64,000 nucleotides of DNA from Candidatus Latescibacterota bacterium (lineage in GTDB: Bacteria; Latescibacterota; UBA2968; UBA8231), in contig OZ242214.1 in NCBI GenBank assembly GCA_965206595.1, forward strand, positions 6,976,001 through 7,040,000. The letters run 5' to 3'. Shown here one piece after another: positions 28,372 through 38,867 of the stretch. The notes under the pieces were generated by a model. The model searched no databases, was not told the DNA's origin, and was given only the letters and a program-made list of their open reading frames with translations. A program made the translations under genes and the position numbers. Position 1 is the stretch's first letter; each line of letters begins with the position of its first letter.

Positions 28372-31046
28372 CACTCCAGCCCCGCGTTCACGGTGAAGAA
28401 CATCAGGTTCGCCCGCTCGCGGCGCCCGAACTCGAAGGCCCGCCGCGTCCACTGCATTCCGGTGCGCGTGACGATCCGGTACCCCTGGTAGGCGACCTGA
28501 TTGGTCAGCTGCACGACCACCGTCCAGGAGCGCAGGTCCTGGTCGATTTCCGCCCGCCTCCCCTTCAGCATCCACAGCTTCGACAGCTCGAGGCCGACCC
28601 GCAGCTCGGTGTCGAAGATCTGCCTGCCGTATCTGGCGAAGTACGAGGCCCGCGTCTGCTCGGCCAGCAGCGGCTGCGACCAGGTCAGGAAAACCGTCTC
28701 CTCGACGCTGGCCGCCTTCTCCCGGCGGCTCCGGTAGGGGCGGTCGAAGCGCACCTCGCTCTTCCAGCGCGGCTGGAAGAACCCGAGGCCGACCGGCAGC
28801 GACCACTCCGCCTTGTCGATGAGGCCGACGAACCCGGACCGCTTGCGCGCCAGCCTGCGCGCCACGGTCTCGTCGCCGTCGCGCTGGAGGGCGATGTCCC
28901 ACTTGAAGCGGTGCAGCAGGCGCAGGTCCTCGACGAGGCGGTGGCTGAGGTCGGCGTAGAAGGAGTTCTTCCAGGTGTTGCGCGCCGCCAGCGGGTCCTC
29001 GAGGTCGCGCATGCGCCCGATGGCGCCGACCGGCTGCACCCACTGCTGCAGGTCGTCGGGGACGTCGTCCCTGACCAGGGCGCCGAAGTCGAAGACCCGC
29101 ACCTTCCCGAACCCGGACAGCTCCCGCTTCCAGGCCGCCATCCCGTACACCGCCCGGGTGTGCCCGTCGCCGGAGATCAGGCCGCTGTTCTGGCGGCCGG
29201 CGAGGAGACTGCCGCCCCCTCCGGCCTGCACTTTCAGGTAGAGGTTGTAGCCGCGCTGATCCCTTCGGTACGGATAGTCCGGGAGGCGGTCGTTCTCGAA
29301 CCGGTCGATGGTGCCGTTGTGGTTCATGTCGGTGCCGAAGAGGAACTCCGGGCGGTCCGAGCGGTAGCGCAGGAACGGCTCGTCGTAGTCGGGGAACAGG
29401 TTGAGGTTCTGGTTGTGGTCGTGGATGAAGTCGCCGTTCTCGTCGTACCCCGGCCAGGCGACTTCCCGCGTCGAGGGCTGGAACGGCCGCTCCCATTCCG
29501 GGACGGCGTTGAAGTCGTCGTCGTCGACGACGAACTCGTAGAGGTCGGCTATGCGCGCCTTGAAGCGGATGGTGCCGTCCGATTGCGTCAACCAGTAGGC
29601 GGTCGCGTAGGCGTCGTCGATGGAGAACAGCTCGGCGTACAGCTTCCACGGGAAGCGCTGGTACGCGGCCTGGGCGTAGCCGGCGCGGGCGTTGCGGGTC
29701 GCGTGGTGCTGGAGCCCCTCCTCGAGGTTGGGGTACTTGCCGTGGCGCCGGTTGAGCACCGCCTCCCCCTGCAGCGACAGGCCGCCGGCGTCGACGACGT
29801 TGAAGTCGACGCCGATCAGCTCGTTCCCGGTCGGCAGCAGGTAGTCGAGCTTCAGCACCCTGCTGTTGCTGTTGTCGCTGACGTTGCCGCGGGCGCGGGC
29901 GACGGTGGTGAAGACCGGCTCGGCGTTGCGGACCTCGCCGTCGGTCTGCAGGTCGGAGGCCATCTCGACCCGGTAGTCGTCGGCCACCGCCAGCTCGAAG
30001 CTGAGGCGCTGCAGGTCGAGCGACTCCATCCCCTGCTCCTCGCCGAGGGAGGCGAGGTCGTACTCGAGCACCGCGGCCTCGCTGCCGTCGGCGGCGATCG
30101 CCCCTTCGCGCAGCACCCCGCCCCGTATCGTCGGCACCAGGCCGATGTCGCGGCCCCGGTGCACGCGCCCCGACTGGTCGACGAGGATGATCTCGTGGCG
30201 GAACAGCGCGGCCCCGCCGACACCGTCTTCCGGGGAGTCGTCGCGCAGGCGCACCCACACCTTCTTCAGCGGCTGGTTCTGCTTGGTCGTCAGCGCCCCG
30301 TGCAGCGGGTTGCCGACGTTGAAGTCGACCTGCGTCTGCGCGTTGTGGGCGTTTACATAGGTAGCCCCCATGGCGACCGCGTCGAGGACGCGGAACGAGG
30401 TGTGGCCGCCGAACAGGTGGGTCGAGTTGCTGCGCCGCGCCTGATCCGGGCTGCTGGGCCGCGAAAGCAGCAGCGACGACTGGTGGCGGTCGGAGGCGAT
30501 CTCGAGACGCAGGCCGTTGAAGCGGGGCTTGTTGAAGGTGAGCGGCGTCAGGTGGGTGGAGATCTGGTCGCCGATCATCAGACGGAACTGGTGGTCCCAG
30601 TGCCCGTCCGAGGCGATGACGAGGTTCTGGAAGATGCTGCCGTAGAAATCGGTGGCGGCCGGGTCGGCCGGCCTCTTGCGCAGGAAGCTGCCGTTGCGCA
30701 GCGACTGCCGCTGTTCCCAGGAGTAGACCAGCCAGCCGCGGCCGAGATGGTTGCCGAAGGAGTCGTACCACTCGTCCCCTTCGAGCTGGCGGTCCAGGTA
30801 GCGCTTGTAGAATTGGGTCGAGTAGCCGGTGTCGGTGGCGAACCAGGGATAGCGGTGGTACTCCGGCAGGTGGATGGGGACGTAGTTCTTGTGCACCTCG
30901 GGAACGACGTCCTCCATGCCGAAGGAGGGAGCGAGCCTGACTGGCAGGGCCGACGGCGTCGCCCCGGGAACGGCGCCCGGGTACTGGGCCCAGCACAGCT
31001 GCGCCGCGGCCCCCGCGACGGCCAGGGATGTCAGCAGCCTTCCCAT
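28371..31046 (-). CDS. 891-aa secreted/outer-membrane hypothetical protein (paralogue of 23828..26467)
   Basis: Signal peptide; colinear motifs with the paralogue. Confidence 0.75.
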   Translation of the reverse strand: MGRLLTSLAVAGAAAQLCWAQYPGAVPGATPSALPVRLAPSFGMEDVVPEVHKNYVPIHLPEYHRYPWFATDTGYSTQFYKRYLDRQLEGDEWYDSFGNHLGRGWLVYSWEQRQSLRNGSFLRKRPADPAATDFYGSIFQNLVIASDGHWDHQFRLMIGDQISTHLTPLTFNKPRFNGLRLEIASDRHQSSLLLSRPSSPDQARRSNSTHLFGGHTSFRVLDAVAMGATYVNAHNAQTQVDFNVGNPLHGALTTKQNQPLKKVWVRLRDDSPEDGVGGAALFRHEIILVDQSGRVHRGRDIGLVPTIRGGVLREGAIAADGSEAAVLEYDLASLGEEQGMESLDLQRLSFELAVADDYRVEMASDLQTDGEVRNAEPVFTTVARARGNVSDNSNSRVLKLDYLLPTGNELIGVDFNVVDAGGLSLQGEAVLNRRHGKYPNLEEGLQHHATRNARAGYAQAAYQRFPWKLYAELFSIDDAYATAYWLTQSDGTIRFKARIADLYEFVVDDDDFNAVPEWERPFQPSTREVAWPGYDENGDFIHDHNQNLNLFPDYDEPFLRYRSDRPEFLFGTDMNHNGTIDRFENDRLPDYPYRRDQRGYNLYLKVQAGGGGSLLAGRQNSGLISGDGHTRAVYGMAAWKRELSGFGKVRVFDFGALVRDDVPDDLQQWVQPVGAIGRMRDLEDPLAARNTWKNSFYADLSHRLVEDLRLLHRFKWDIALQRDGDETVARRLARKRSGFVGLIDKAEWSLPVGLGFFQPRWKSEVRFDRPYRSRREKAASVEETVFLTWSQPLLAEQTRASYFARYGRQIFDTELRVGLELSKLWMLKGRRAEIDQDLRSWTVVVQLTNQVAYQGYRIVTRTGMQWTRRAFEFGRRERANLMFFTVNAGLE

Positions 31047-33682
31047 CAGTACACCACCCCGACCGCGGCCAGCGCCGATCCTGCGGCATCGGCATCGGTA
31101 GGTACCGAGACGCGCACGAGGTACAGGCCCGGACCGACCCGCCGGCCCTCGTCGTCGCGGCCGTCCCAGGGAACCGCGTGCTGTCCGCTGGGAATCTCCC
31201 GCACCCCCCCGAGGTCGCGCACCTTGCGGCCCGACAGGTCGTACACCCCCACCCGCAGGTCGCGCTCCCCCTTGATGCGGAACACGGAGAAGCGGATCCG
31301 GGTGGCCTCGTTGACGCCGTCGCCGTTGGGCGTGAACAAGGCCGGCTCGGCCCGCACGTTTTCGAGAATGGGGGCGTCCTCGACATCGGCGACCACCACC
31401 ATCGACTCGCTGCGCACATCGCTGCTCGCGTCCCCTTCGGTGAAGGCCTGCACCACCCCGGGCCGCTGCGAGTTCAGCAGCTCCACCGTGAACGTGGTCC
31501 CGCTCAGGAACACCTGCGTCCGTATCTCCGCCCTGTAGAGCAGGGAACCGCCCGAAACCCGCTGCGGCAGCTCGACGACGACCCCGCCTTCCTCAAGGGC
31601 TTCGATGCGGGCGCCGCCGGGCCACAGGCTCCTGCCGCGGCCGCCGCGCAGCTGCGCCTCGCTCCCCGACTGCAGCGACACCAGCTCGATCGGGGCCGCC
31701 GAGGAGGAGCGCAGGCGCATGCGGTCGAACCCGGAATCGCCGCTCTGGAACTCCGGCCGCATCCAGATGGCGAACTCCTCCTCCCTTCCGGGGCGCACCC
31801 CCTGGTTCGGCCAGATCTCGGCGAAGGTCTGTTCGACCAGCGGCGCCTCCAGCCCCAGCTCGATGCCCCGGATGCTCGCCGCGCGCAGCGGGTCGGCCGT
31901 CGACAGGCGCACCTGCAGCATCAGCATGCGCCGCGGACCGGGAGACCTGAACGGTTCCCCCTGCTCCCGGTACGGCTCGCTCCAGGCGCTCCAGCCTTCC
32001 CCGGGGAACTCCTCCGAGGTGGTGAACCCCCGGTTGCGCTCCGCGGTCGCATCCCACTGCTGCTCGCTGATCTCGCGCCCGAACAGGTCGTAGTACCTCT
32101 TGACCTCCAGCAGGTCGTCGCCGCTGCGGCTGCGCACCTCGAGGCGGGTGCCCTCCGGCGCCTCCCCGTCCCAGGAGACCCCGGTGAAGATGCGCGAGGT
32201 CCCCAGCTTGATGATCGGGGACTCCAGGACGACCTCGGAGACGAACCCCTCGCCGTACGCCTGCAGCTCGCTCAGGCTGCGGTTGATCTCGCTCCGCGCC
32301 CCGGAGAGCTCGAGACGGCGCAGCTCGATCAGGCGCACCTCTCGCGCCGGGAAGCGCTCCTCGAGCTGCAGGAACGCCTCCCTGTTATGGCGCTCCTCGA
32401 AATCCTCCCAGACCCGGTTGCCGTTGGGGTCGACCGAGCCGTCCGAAACGCGCAGCTGGTAGGCGGTGAGGGCGTCCTGGGCGCTGAGCAGCCGGAGGCG
32501 GTCGATCCAGAACTTTGCCCCCAGGTCGACGAGAAGCTGGTTGCGGTTGCGCAGCGGGTCGTACAGCCGCATCGGGTAGAAGGAGGAGTAGAGACCGTCT
32601 GTCGAGACCGTCAGGACGATGTCCTCGAACAGGTCGGTGGCGCGGTTGCGCAGGCGCTGCGTCAGCCCGACTGCGTTGTCGCCGAGGGTGATGACCTCGA
32701 GCTCGGCGACGCGGGGGCGCTCGTGCCGGTAGTAGCGGACCGGGCCCTGCTCCTCGTCGGGCAGTTCCCCCCAGGTCTCCTCATCGACCAGAATCTCGCG
32801 GCCGGCTACGGTCTGGCGGAAATGCTCGACTGCCCCCCGGTCGTGGTCGGACAGCAGGGCGTACTCCTCCCCGGTGACCTCCTCGCCGCGCGGACCGTCG
32901 GTGTCGAGCGCCTCGAGGCGGACGATCTGCGCCACTTCGCCGGCGACCCCGGGGGGCAGCGGCCGCTGCAGCGGCACCTCGAACTCGAACTCCCGCTGCT
33001 CCTTGTTGCGGCGGGTCACCTGGGCGACGCGGTAGAACTCGGCGTCGTAGCGGCTCGCGGTGTTGACGGAGGCGCGCCCGTTGGACATCAGCACGCGGAA
33101 CTTCAGGAAGGGGTCCCCCGCCCCTTCATCGGCGAACTGCACCCGCACCCGGTCGGCGATCACGGCGCGCCCGAGGTCCACCTCGATAAACCAGTTTTGC
33201 AGCGAGTCGGGGTCGACGGGCTCCCAGTAGGTCAGGGGGTCGCCGTCCATGACCAGGGCCGCGGTCTCCCGGCCGGTGCCGACCTGCCGCACTCCCCCGA
33301 TGATGGTATCCCCACTGGCGATCACCTCGAAGTCGGTGGCGTTCAGCATGGCGTTGATGCCGCGCCGCAGGTATCTCGGCCTCACTTCCCCCTCCTCGAC
33401 CAGGTAACCGCCCACGGCCCCCAGCCAGTCCCGCCAGTGGCCGTCCCCGCTCACGGTGAGGCGGTTCCCGGCGACGGTGTAGCCGTCCTGGGCGTTCCCC
33501 GCCGCGGTGCCGAGCAGGACCACGGACAGCAGGACCAAGTGACGGTGCCGCGTGAGGAGGTTCGGGGAAGGCTGCGCGGCTTGGAACGACCGACAACAAT
33601 CAGGGTGAGGCCCTGTTCCCGTCGCGATCCGTCCGGCTCGTTTCGCCGGGGAGGTTGCCCCGCAGGTCGACAGGCCACGCAT
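31046..33682 (-). CDS. Secreted protein with discoidin-like repeats and a C-terminal TPNGDG/FlgD-Ig domain
   Basis: TAATG overlap at 33682; MDGDPLTYW..EVDLG, VDLGAKF; FTPNGDGVNE...WDGRD...PGLY. Confidence 0.75.
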   Translation of the reverse strand: MRGLSTCGATSPAKRAGRIATGTGPHPDCCRSFQAAQPSPNLLTRHRHLVLLSVVLLGTAAGNAQDGYTVAGNRLTVSGDGHWRDWLGAVGGYLVEEGEVRPRYLRRGINAMLNATDFEVIASGDTIIGGVRQVGTGRETAALVMDGDPLTYWEPVDPDSLQNWFIEVDLGRAVIADRVRVQFADEGAGDPFLKFRVLMSNGRASVNTASRYDAEFYRVAQVTRRNKEQREFEFEVPLQRPLPPGVAGEVAQIVRLEALDTDGPRGEEVTGEEYALLSDHDRGAVEHFRQTVAGREILVDEETWGELPDEEQGPVRYYRHERPRVAELEVITLGDNAVGLTQRLRNRATDLFEDIVLTVSTDGLYSSFYPMRLYDPLRNRNQLLVDLGAKFWIDRLRLLSAQDALTAYQLRVSDGSVDPNGNRVWEDFEERHNREAFLQLEERFPAREVRLIELRRLELSGARSEINRSLSELQAYGEGFVSEVVLESPIIKLGTSRIFTGVSWDGEAPEGTRLEVRSRSGDDLLEVKRYYDLFGREISEQQWDATAERNRGFTTSEEFPGEGWSAWSEPYREQGEPFRSPGPRRMLMLQVRLSTADPLRAASIRGIELGLEAPLVEQTFAEIWPNQGVRPGREEEFAIWMRPEFQSGDSGFDRMRLRSSSAAPIELVSLQSGSEAQLRGGRGRSLWPGGARIEALEEGGVVVELPQRVSGGSLLYRAEIRTQVFLSGTTFTVELLNSQRPGVVQAFTEGDASSDVRSESMVVVADVEDAPILENVRAEPALFTPNGDGVNEATRIRFSVFRIKGERDLRVGVYDLSGRKVRDLGGVREIPSGQHAVPWDGRDDEGRRVGPGLYLVRVSVPTDADAAGSALAAVGVVY

Positions 33683-35664
33683 TAGTACACCACCGCCACG
33701 ATTCCCTGCCGCACCTCGGGATCGCCGTCGCCGCGCACCCTGAGCCGGTAGATGTAGGTTCCCGGGGGTACGAGGGCGCCGTCGCTGCGGCGGCCGTCCC
33801 ATACCTGCCGGTGGTTGCCGACCGGCTGCACCGCCTCGACCGCCGCCACCCGGCGCCCCCCGAGATCGAACAACAACAGCTCCACCGGAGAAGGCCGCGT
33901 CACCGTAAGCAGGGAGTAACCGATCTTCAACTCGTCGTTGATCCCGTCCCCGTTCGGGGTCAGCACCGGGTGTTGGAGCTCGAAGTTGGCCAGCAGCGGG
34001 GCGCGTTCCCCCTGTTTCTCCAGGGAGACGACCAGGCCCTGCGCCGCGGTTTCCGAATCGGCGTCTCCCGGGACCGCGAAGTGATACCCCGTCTCCTCGA
34101 CATCGACCGTCCCTTCAGAGGTCCGCCTGCCTACGACGCGGTCGTCGAGGACGCGGACCCGGAACGCGGTCTTGTCGCGGTACACCGTGCCCAGAAAGAT
34201 CACCTGGATGAACGACCCGTCCTGCTCAACCTGCCGCCGCAGGTCGACGTACACGCCGTCCGGGTGCCGCCGGGAGATGAAAGCCACAGCGCGGTCGTCG
34301 ATGCGGACCTGCCGCACCCGCCCGATGTCAGCATCGGTCTCTATCAGGATGCGTTGGAAACCGGTATCGCTGCGTCCGACCCGGCTTCCGGAAGTGGCAA
34401 TCTTCATGTGGGCCAGCATCGCCAGGGAGAACTCCGTCTCCACCCCCGCGGCCACCGTGTCGGGGCTCACCTCCGCGACCACGCCTTGCACCAGCGGCGG
34501 GAAGATGGTCTCGAACACCAGACGGTCGAGGCGCACCCCGGGGGTGAACAGGCGCACCCGGAACTGCATGTACGTCTCGAGATTCCGGGAACGCACTACC
34601 CCCTGCGACACCGGCTCCCAGCTGCTCCAGTTCGGGTTCGGGCGGATCGGTCCCCGCAGGTGAGGTTTCGCGGCCGTGTACTCGGCCCGGTCCTTGGCCC
34701 TGACGATCTCGTCCCCATCCTCCTCGCGAAGGAAGTACCACTCCGCCTCCTTGTCGGGTCCCACCCGGGTATGGATCAGCACGGGGGAGGAATCGACCCC
34801 CCGACCCTCGAAGCGGACCAGGCCGAACACCCTCAACCCCAACCGCATCGACTTCGAGCGGAACTCACCCGTCGGCAGCGAGCCGTCCCCGTAGACCTCC
34901 AGCTCGGCGATCTCCCAGGGCCGCTGCGAGGTCGGGGCGATGCGGACGTAGCGGACGTCCCGGGATTCGAACCGCTTCTCGACCACCGGCTGGAAGTTGG
35001 GAAGGGCGGGGTAGAAGGAGAACAGCTCCTCGAAGTCGCCGAGGACGCCCGAAGGGTGGGTGGCGACGGAGAACTCCTGCAGAAAGCGGCGCTGGTTGCG
35101 CGGGTCGAGGCGGGGAAACAACCGAATCCGGTTGACGCGGAAGGTTGCCCCGAGGTCGAGGTGGATGGCGGTGGTCCGCCCGAGCCCCGGCCTCCGGGCC
35201 TGCTGTGAGATCACGTCGGCGTCGTAGTAGGTAACGGGGTCGCCGTCGGAGAGCACCTCGGCGCCGGCTATCTCTACTGGAACCGGCCCTAAAAATCCCG
35301 GTACGATCCGGAGAATCCGGCCATTCCGCTGACCCATGGTCAGGGACAGGTTGGCGTCCGGCTCGACGCCCCACATCCAGATCGAGTCGGGCCCGACTCC
35401 CATGAACCGGGAGGCCTCCCGGAGCTCATTCCAGCCGCCCTGCCGGGAGTTAAGGCCGACGACGAGGGAGTCGACGGCGGCGGCGGATTCGACCAGAACG
35501 AGAAGAGAAAGGAGAATGGAGGCGGGAACAGCGGGGGCGAACTTCGAGGCAGGAAGGGGAAATCGCCCTGTAATCGCATCGCACCTCTTTCCAAGCGCTG
35601 TGCTCATTCCCATTTCCCTCCGCGGAGCGGGCCGAAAGGGGCCGGCTCCAACCCAAAGGTTCAC
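33682..35664 (-). CDS. Secreted protein with a discoidin-like region and a C-terminal TPNGDG/FlgD-Ig domain (start uncertain)
   Basis: SDGDPVT..LDLGATF.V.RIRLFPR; LTPNGDGINDEL...WDGR...PGTY. Confidence 0.75.
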   Translation of the reverse strand: MNLWVGAGPFRPAPRREMGMSTALGKRCDAITGRFPLPASKFAPAVPASILLSLLVLVESAAAVDSLVVGLNSRQGGWNELREASRFMGVGPDSIWMWGVEPDANLSLTMGQRNGRILRIVPGFLGPVPVEIAGAEVLSDGDPVTYYDADVISQQARRPGLGRTTAIHLDLGATFRVNRIRLFPRLDPRNQRRFLQEFSVATHPSGVLGDFEELFSFYPALPNFQPVVEKRFESRDVRYVRIAPTSQRPWEIAELEVYGDGSLPTGEFRSKSMRLGLRVFGLVRFEGRGVDSSPVLIHTRVGPDKEAEWYFLREEDGDEIVRAKDRAEYTAAKPHLRGPIRPNPNWSSWEPVSQGVVRSRNLETYMQFRVRLFTPGVRLDRLVFETIFPPLVQGVVAEVSPDTVAAGVETEFSLAMLAHMKIATSGSRVGRSDTGFQRILIETDADIGRVRQVRIDDRAVAFISRRHPDGVYVDLRRQVEQDGSFIQVIFLGTVYRDKTAFRVRVLDDRVVGRRTSEGTVDVEETGYHFAVPGDADSETAAQGLVVSLEKQGERAPLLANFELQHPVLTPNGDGINDELKIGYSLLTVTRPSPVELLLFDLGGRRVAAVEAVQPVGNHRQVWDGRRSDGALVPPGTYIYRLRVRGDGDPEVRQGIVAVVY

Positions 35665-35951
35665 CTAAAAAGTTGCGGGCAATGTAGCTGAAACGAATAC
35701 GCACACCAACTTTAAAATTAAATTTCCCGAGGACGGGATGTTCAGGACGTATTCTTTGCAAAAACGGCTCATAGGTTCGACGTCCGGCTCCAGTGCAATT
35801 CAGGATTGGTCGATAGCTTCTTCCCGCGGACCGTTGGATACCCCCGCACCTCCGCTGTGATCTCCGTTTCCGGCGAGGGACGACCAATCGGGACAGAGGC
35901 AGATGCCGCAATCCGGGGGCGAGGTGGGGGTTTGGCATGATCCCAGCCTTG

Positions 35952-36383
35952 TTACGAGGTCCGGCTCCCTCCTTCGATGTCGTCCAGTCCGTCGATCTCC
36001 GGGCGGAAATACCGCTTGCCCGCGGCAATGCTTTGGATCGCCGGGACCAGGTCACGAGCTATCGAATTCTTGACGACGTACCCCGAAGCGCCCGCATCGA
36101 GCATCGCCTGGACGTAGATCCTTTCGCAGTGAATGGAAAGGGCCACCACCCGCACCTCAGGCAGTTCGGCGCCGATCTGCCGGGTGGCGCTGATGCCGCC
36201 GCCCCCCGGCATGCTGATGTCCATGACGACGACGTCCGGTTGCAGCAGGCGCGCCTGTTCCAGGGCGGATTCCCCGTCGACCGCCTCGCCGACCACCTCC
36301 ATGCCGTCCTGCCCGACAAGAAGCGCCTTGACCTCTTCTCTCAGCATTTCGTGGTCGTCTGCCAGAACTATCCTGATGGTCAT
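35952..36383 (-). CDS. NarL-type response regulator receiver domain without an output domain
   Basis: IVLADDH, PDVVVMDISMP and GASGYVVK motifs; ends shortly after the REC domain. Confidence 0.85.
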   Translation of the reverse strand: MTIRIVLADDHEMLREEVKALLVGQDGMEVVGEAVDGESALEQARLLQPDVVVMDISMPGGGGISATRQIGAELPEVRVVALSIHCERIYVQAMLDAGASGYVVKNSIARDLVPAIQSIAAGKRYFRPEIDGLDDIEGGSRTS

Positions 36384-36643
36384 GATACTTTCACACTTTC
36401 TCACGCGTTGCGCGCGTAGCTGGCCGCTGCTTCATGATGCAGATCTGGTTGTCCCCGTAGCGAGAGGAAACGAACGAGATCTCATTGGCTTGCGGCGAAG
36501 GTGACCTCACGTCGGGATGCCAGAACAGGCCTGCCGTGAAACCGGACAGCCGGCGAATCTCACCGTCCCGAGAGCGGTATGCGCTCCCATCCAGATCGTG
36601 CGCATTCGCCTGAGCGGACAGGAGTATGAGGATGATGAAGGTC

Positions 36644-37498
36644 GAACCTATCTCAAAATTGAAATTGTTTAAGTAAAATCAAAATGGATGCAAGTTGGAC
36701 GAAGCCAAGAAAATTCTCCGGATACAATTCCCAGCGAGTGATCACTCGACGCTGCCATTGAAGCCAAGCAAAGAATCTCTCAACCATCCAAGGCCGCACA
36801 TAACGCCGCAATCGCCGTCCGTCCTGAGTCTTTTTCTTGGTCCGATTCTGGCGATGCGGGGCGATCATCTCGATCCCGTCTTTCTTAAGCTCTTCATCCA
36901 ACGAATCGCTGTCGTACGCCTTGTCGCCGATCAAGTTGTCAGGTTGGTCTTCGATCAGGTAAAAGTCAAAGGTCAACTGAACCAGCGTCACTTCATGATG
37001 GTTCGCTGCATGCGTGCTCACCGACAAGGGAAGCCCATTGCCGTCCACGATCCCCATGACCCGCACCCCCTTACCTCGCTTGGTGTGGCCGATATCGGCA
37101 CCTCCACCCTTGGCCGCCGAGAACAGGCCGTCGATGAAAGCCTCCGATTCGTCCAGGTCCCCTTGCTCGTGAAGGGTCTGGGCCAGGTCCATGAGAACAT
37201 CGCGCAGCACCTCGTTGCGACACCAATTTTGAAAGCGACGATGCACCGTTTTGTAGTTCGGATAGCCCTGCGGCAGCATGTGCCATTGGGCACCGGTATT
37301 GAGAATCCAAAGGACGGCTTCAAGAACCTCACGTGTGGCAACTGGTTTGCGGCCCGGATGGCTTTTGGGACGATTTTCTTCAGGAAAGTGATGACGGATT
37401 CGCTCCCATTGCTTGTCGGTCAAAGTAACCATATAAATAATGATACATTATCATCAATCAGAACCCAAGATTAAATTTTGTGATTTTGAGATAGGTTC
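36644..37498 (-). mobile_element. IS5-family element, copy A (transposase 36653..37432)
   Basis: Perfect IRs GAACCTATCTCAAAA / TTTTGAGATAGGTTC; DUF4096-like N-terminus, IGDKAYDS and W.VERFF motifs. Confidence 0.9.
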
Positions 37499-37583
37499 AT
37501 GTCGGTCAGGTTGACCATACACCAATGGTACATCACTGTCATTTCGAAAACAAGTTTAAGTTTGCCTATTTTGAGATAGATTC
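37499..37583 (-). mobile_element. 85-bp remnant of the left end of a B-type IS5 element
   Basis: Matches 38780..38864 and ends TTTTGAGATAGATTC. Confidence 0.85.
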
Positions 37584-38010
37584 TTGTCAAGAGGTGAACC
37601 GCTTCCATTCACCGCTGAAATCGTTGGTGACGATAGAGAAGGTATGGGAAAGATCCTTTCCCATACCAGGGATACTATCCGAACTTGTGGCGTAGCCACG
37701 TTCAGTACCACCCCATATGAGATCCTCATGTGGTCTCATTATGCCGACCACCATAAAGGATTTTGTATCGAATTTGAGCGTAATTCCACGAATATGTTGA
37801 GAGGAGATGGAGGCAAAACTGTAAACTATCAAGATCGGCGTCCAATAATCGATGGGCTGGACTTTTTCAGGGATCCTGAAGGTGTCCTTAACGACATCCT
37901 ATACACCAAAGCTCCTTGTTGGTGCTACGAATTTGAGTGGCGGCTAGTTTACTTTTCAGAAACTCCCGGAAGTCTTGTCCGGGAAAAGCCGATGGATGCA
38001 AGAATGAAGT
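37584..38010 (+). pseudogene. DUF2971-like gene fragment bounded by IS5 ends
   Basis: LMWSHYADHHKGFCIEF and K..CW.YE.EWR motifs; lower GC; both ends abut IS termini. Confidence 0.75.
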
Positions 38011-38864
38011 GAACCTATCTCAAAATTGAAATTGTTTAAGTAAAATCAAAATGGATGCAAGTTGGACGAAGCCAAGAAAATTCTCCGGATACAATTCCCA
38101 GCGAGTGATCACTCGACGCTGCCATTGAAGCCAAGCAAAGAATCTCTCAACCATCCAACGCCGCACATAACGCCGCAATCGCCGTCCGTCCTGAGTCTTT
38201 TTCTTGGTCCGATTCTGGCGATGCGGGGCGATCATCTCGATCCCGTCTTTCTTACGTTCTTCATCCAACGAATCGCTGTCGTACGCTTTGTCGCCGATCA
38301 AGTTGTCAGGTTGGTCTTCGATGAGGTAAAAGTCAAAGGTCAACTGAACCAGCGTCACTTCATGATGGTTCGCTGCATGCGTGCTCACCGACAAGGGAAG
38401 CCCATTGCCGTCCACGATCCCCATGACCCGCACCCCCTTACCTCGCTTGGTGTGGCCGATATCGGCACCTCCACCCTTGGCCGCCGAGAACATGCCGTCG
38501 ATGAAAGCCTCCGATTCGTCCAGGCCCCCTTGCTCGTGAAGGGTCTGGGCCAGGTCCATGAGAACTTCGCGTACCACCCCTTGACGACACCCGTTTTGAA
38601 AACGGCGATGAACGGTTTTGTAGTTCGGATAGCACGGCGGCAACATAGGCCATTGAGCCCCGGTGTTTAGAATCCAAAGGACGGCTTCAAAAACATCACG
38701 GGTGCAAACCGGTTTGCGACCCGGATGGCTCTTGGGACGAAGTTCTTCAGGAAAGTGATGGCGGATTCGTTGCCATTGCATGTCGGTCAGGTTGACCATA
38801 CACCAATGGTACATCACTGTCATTTCGAAAACAAGTTTAAGTTTGCCTGTTTTGAGATAGGTTC
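38011..38864 (-). mobile_element. IS5-family element, copy B
   Basis: Same IRs; intact transposase ORF ending at 38020. Confidence 0.9.
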
Positions 38865-38867
38865 TCA

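Noticed and set aside
9982-35208. Long antisense or overlapping ORFs (e.g. 9982..11598 +, 26461..28491 +, 28911..31538 +, 31028..33685 +) and the 1447-aa and 1650-aa ORFs as full proteins
   Set aside because: Shadow ORFs expected in high-GC coding DNA. Only the 3' parts of the 1447-aa and 1650-aa ORFs (from 23831 and 28371) look like real proteins.
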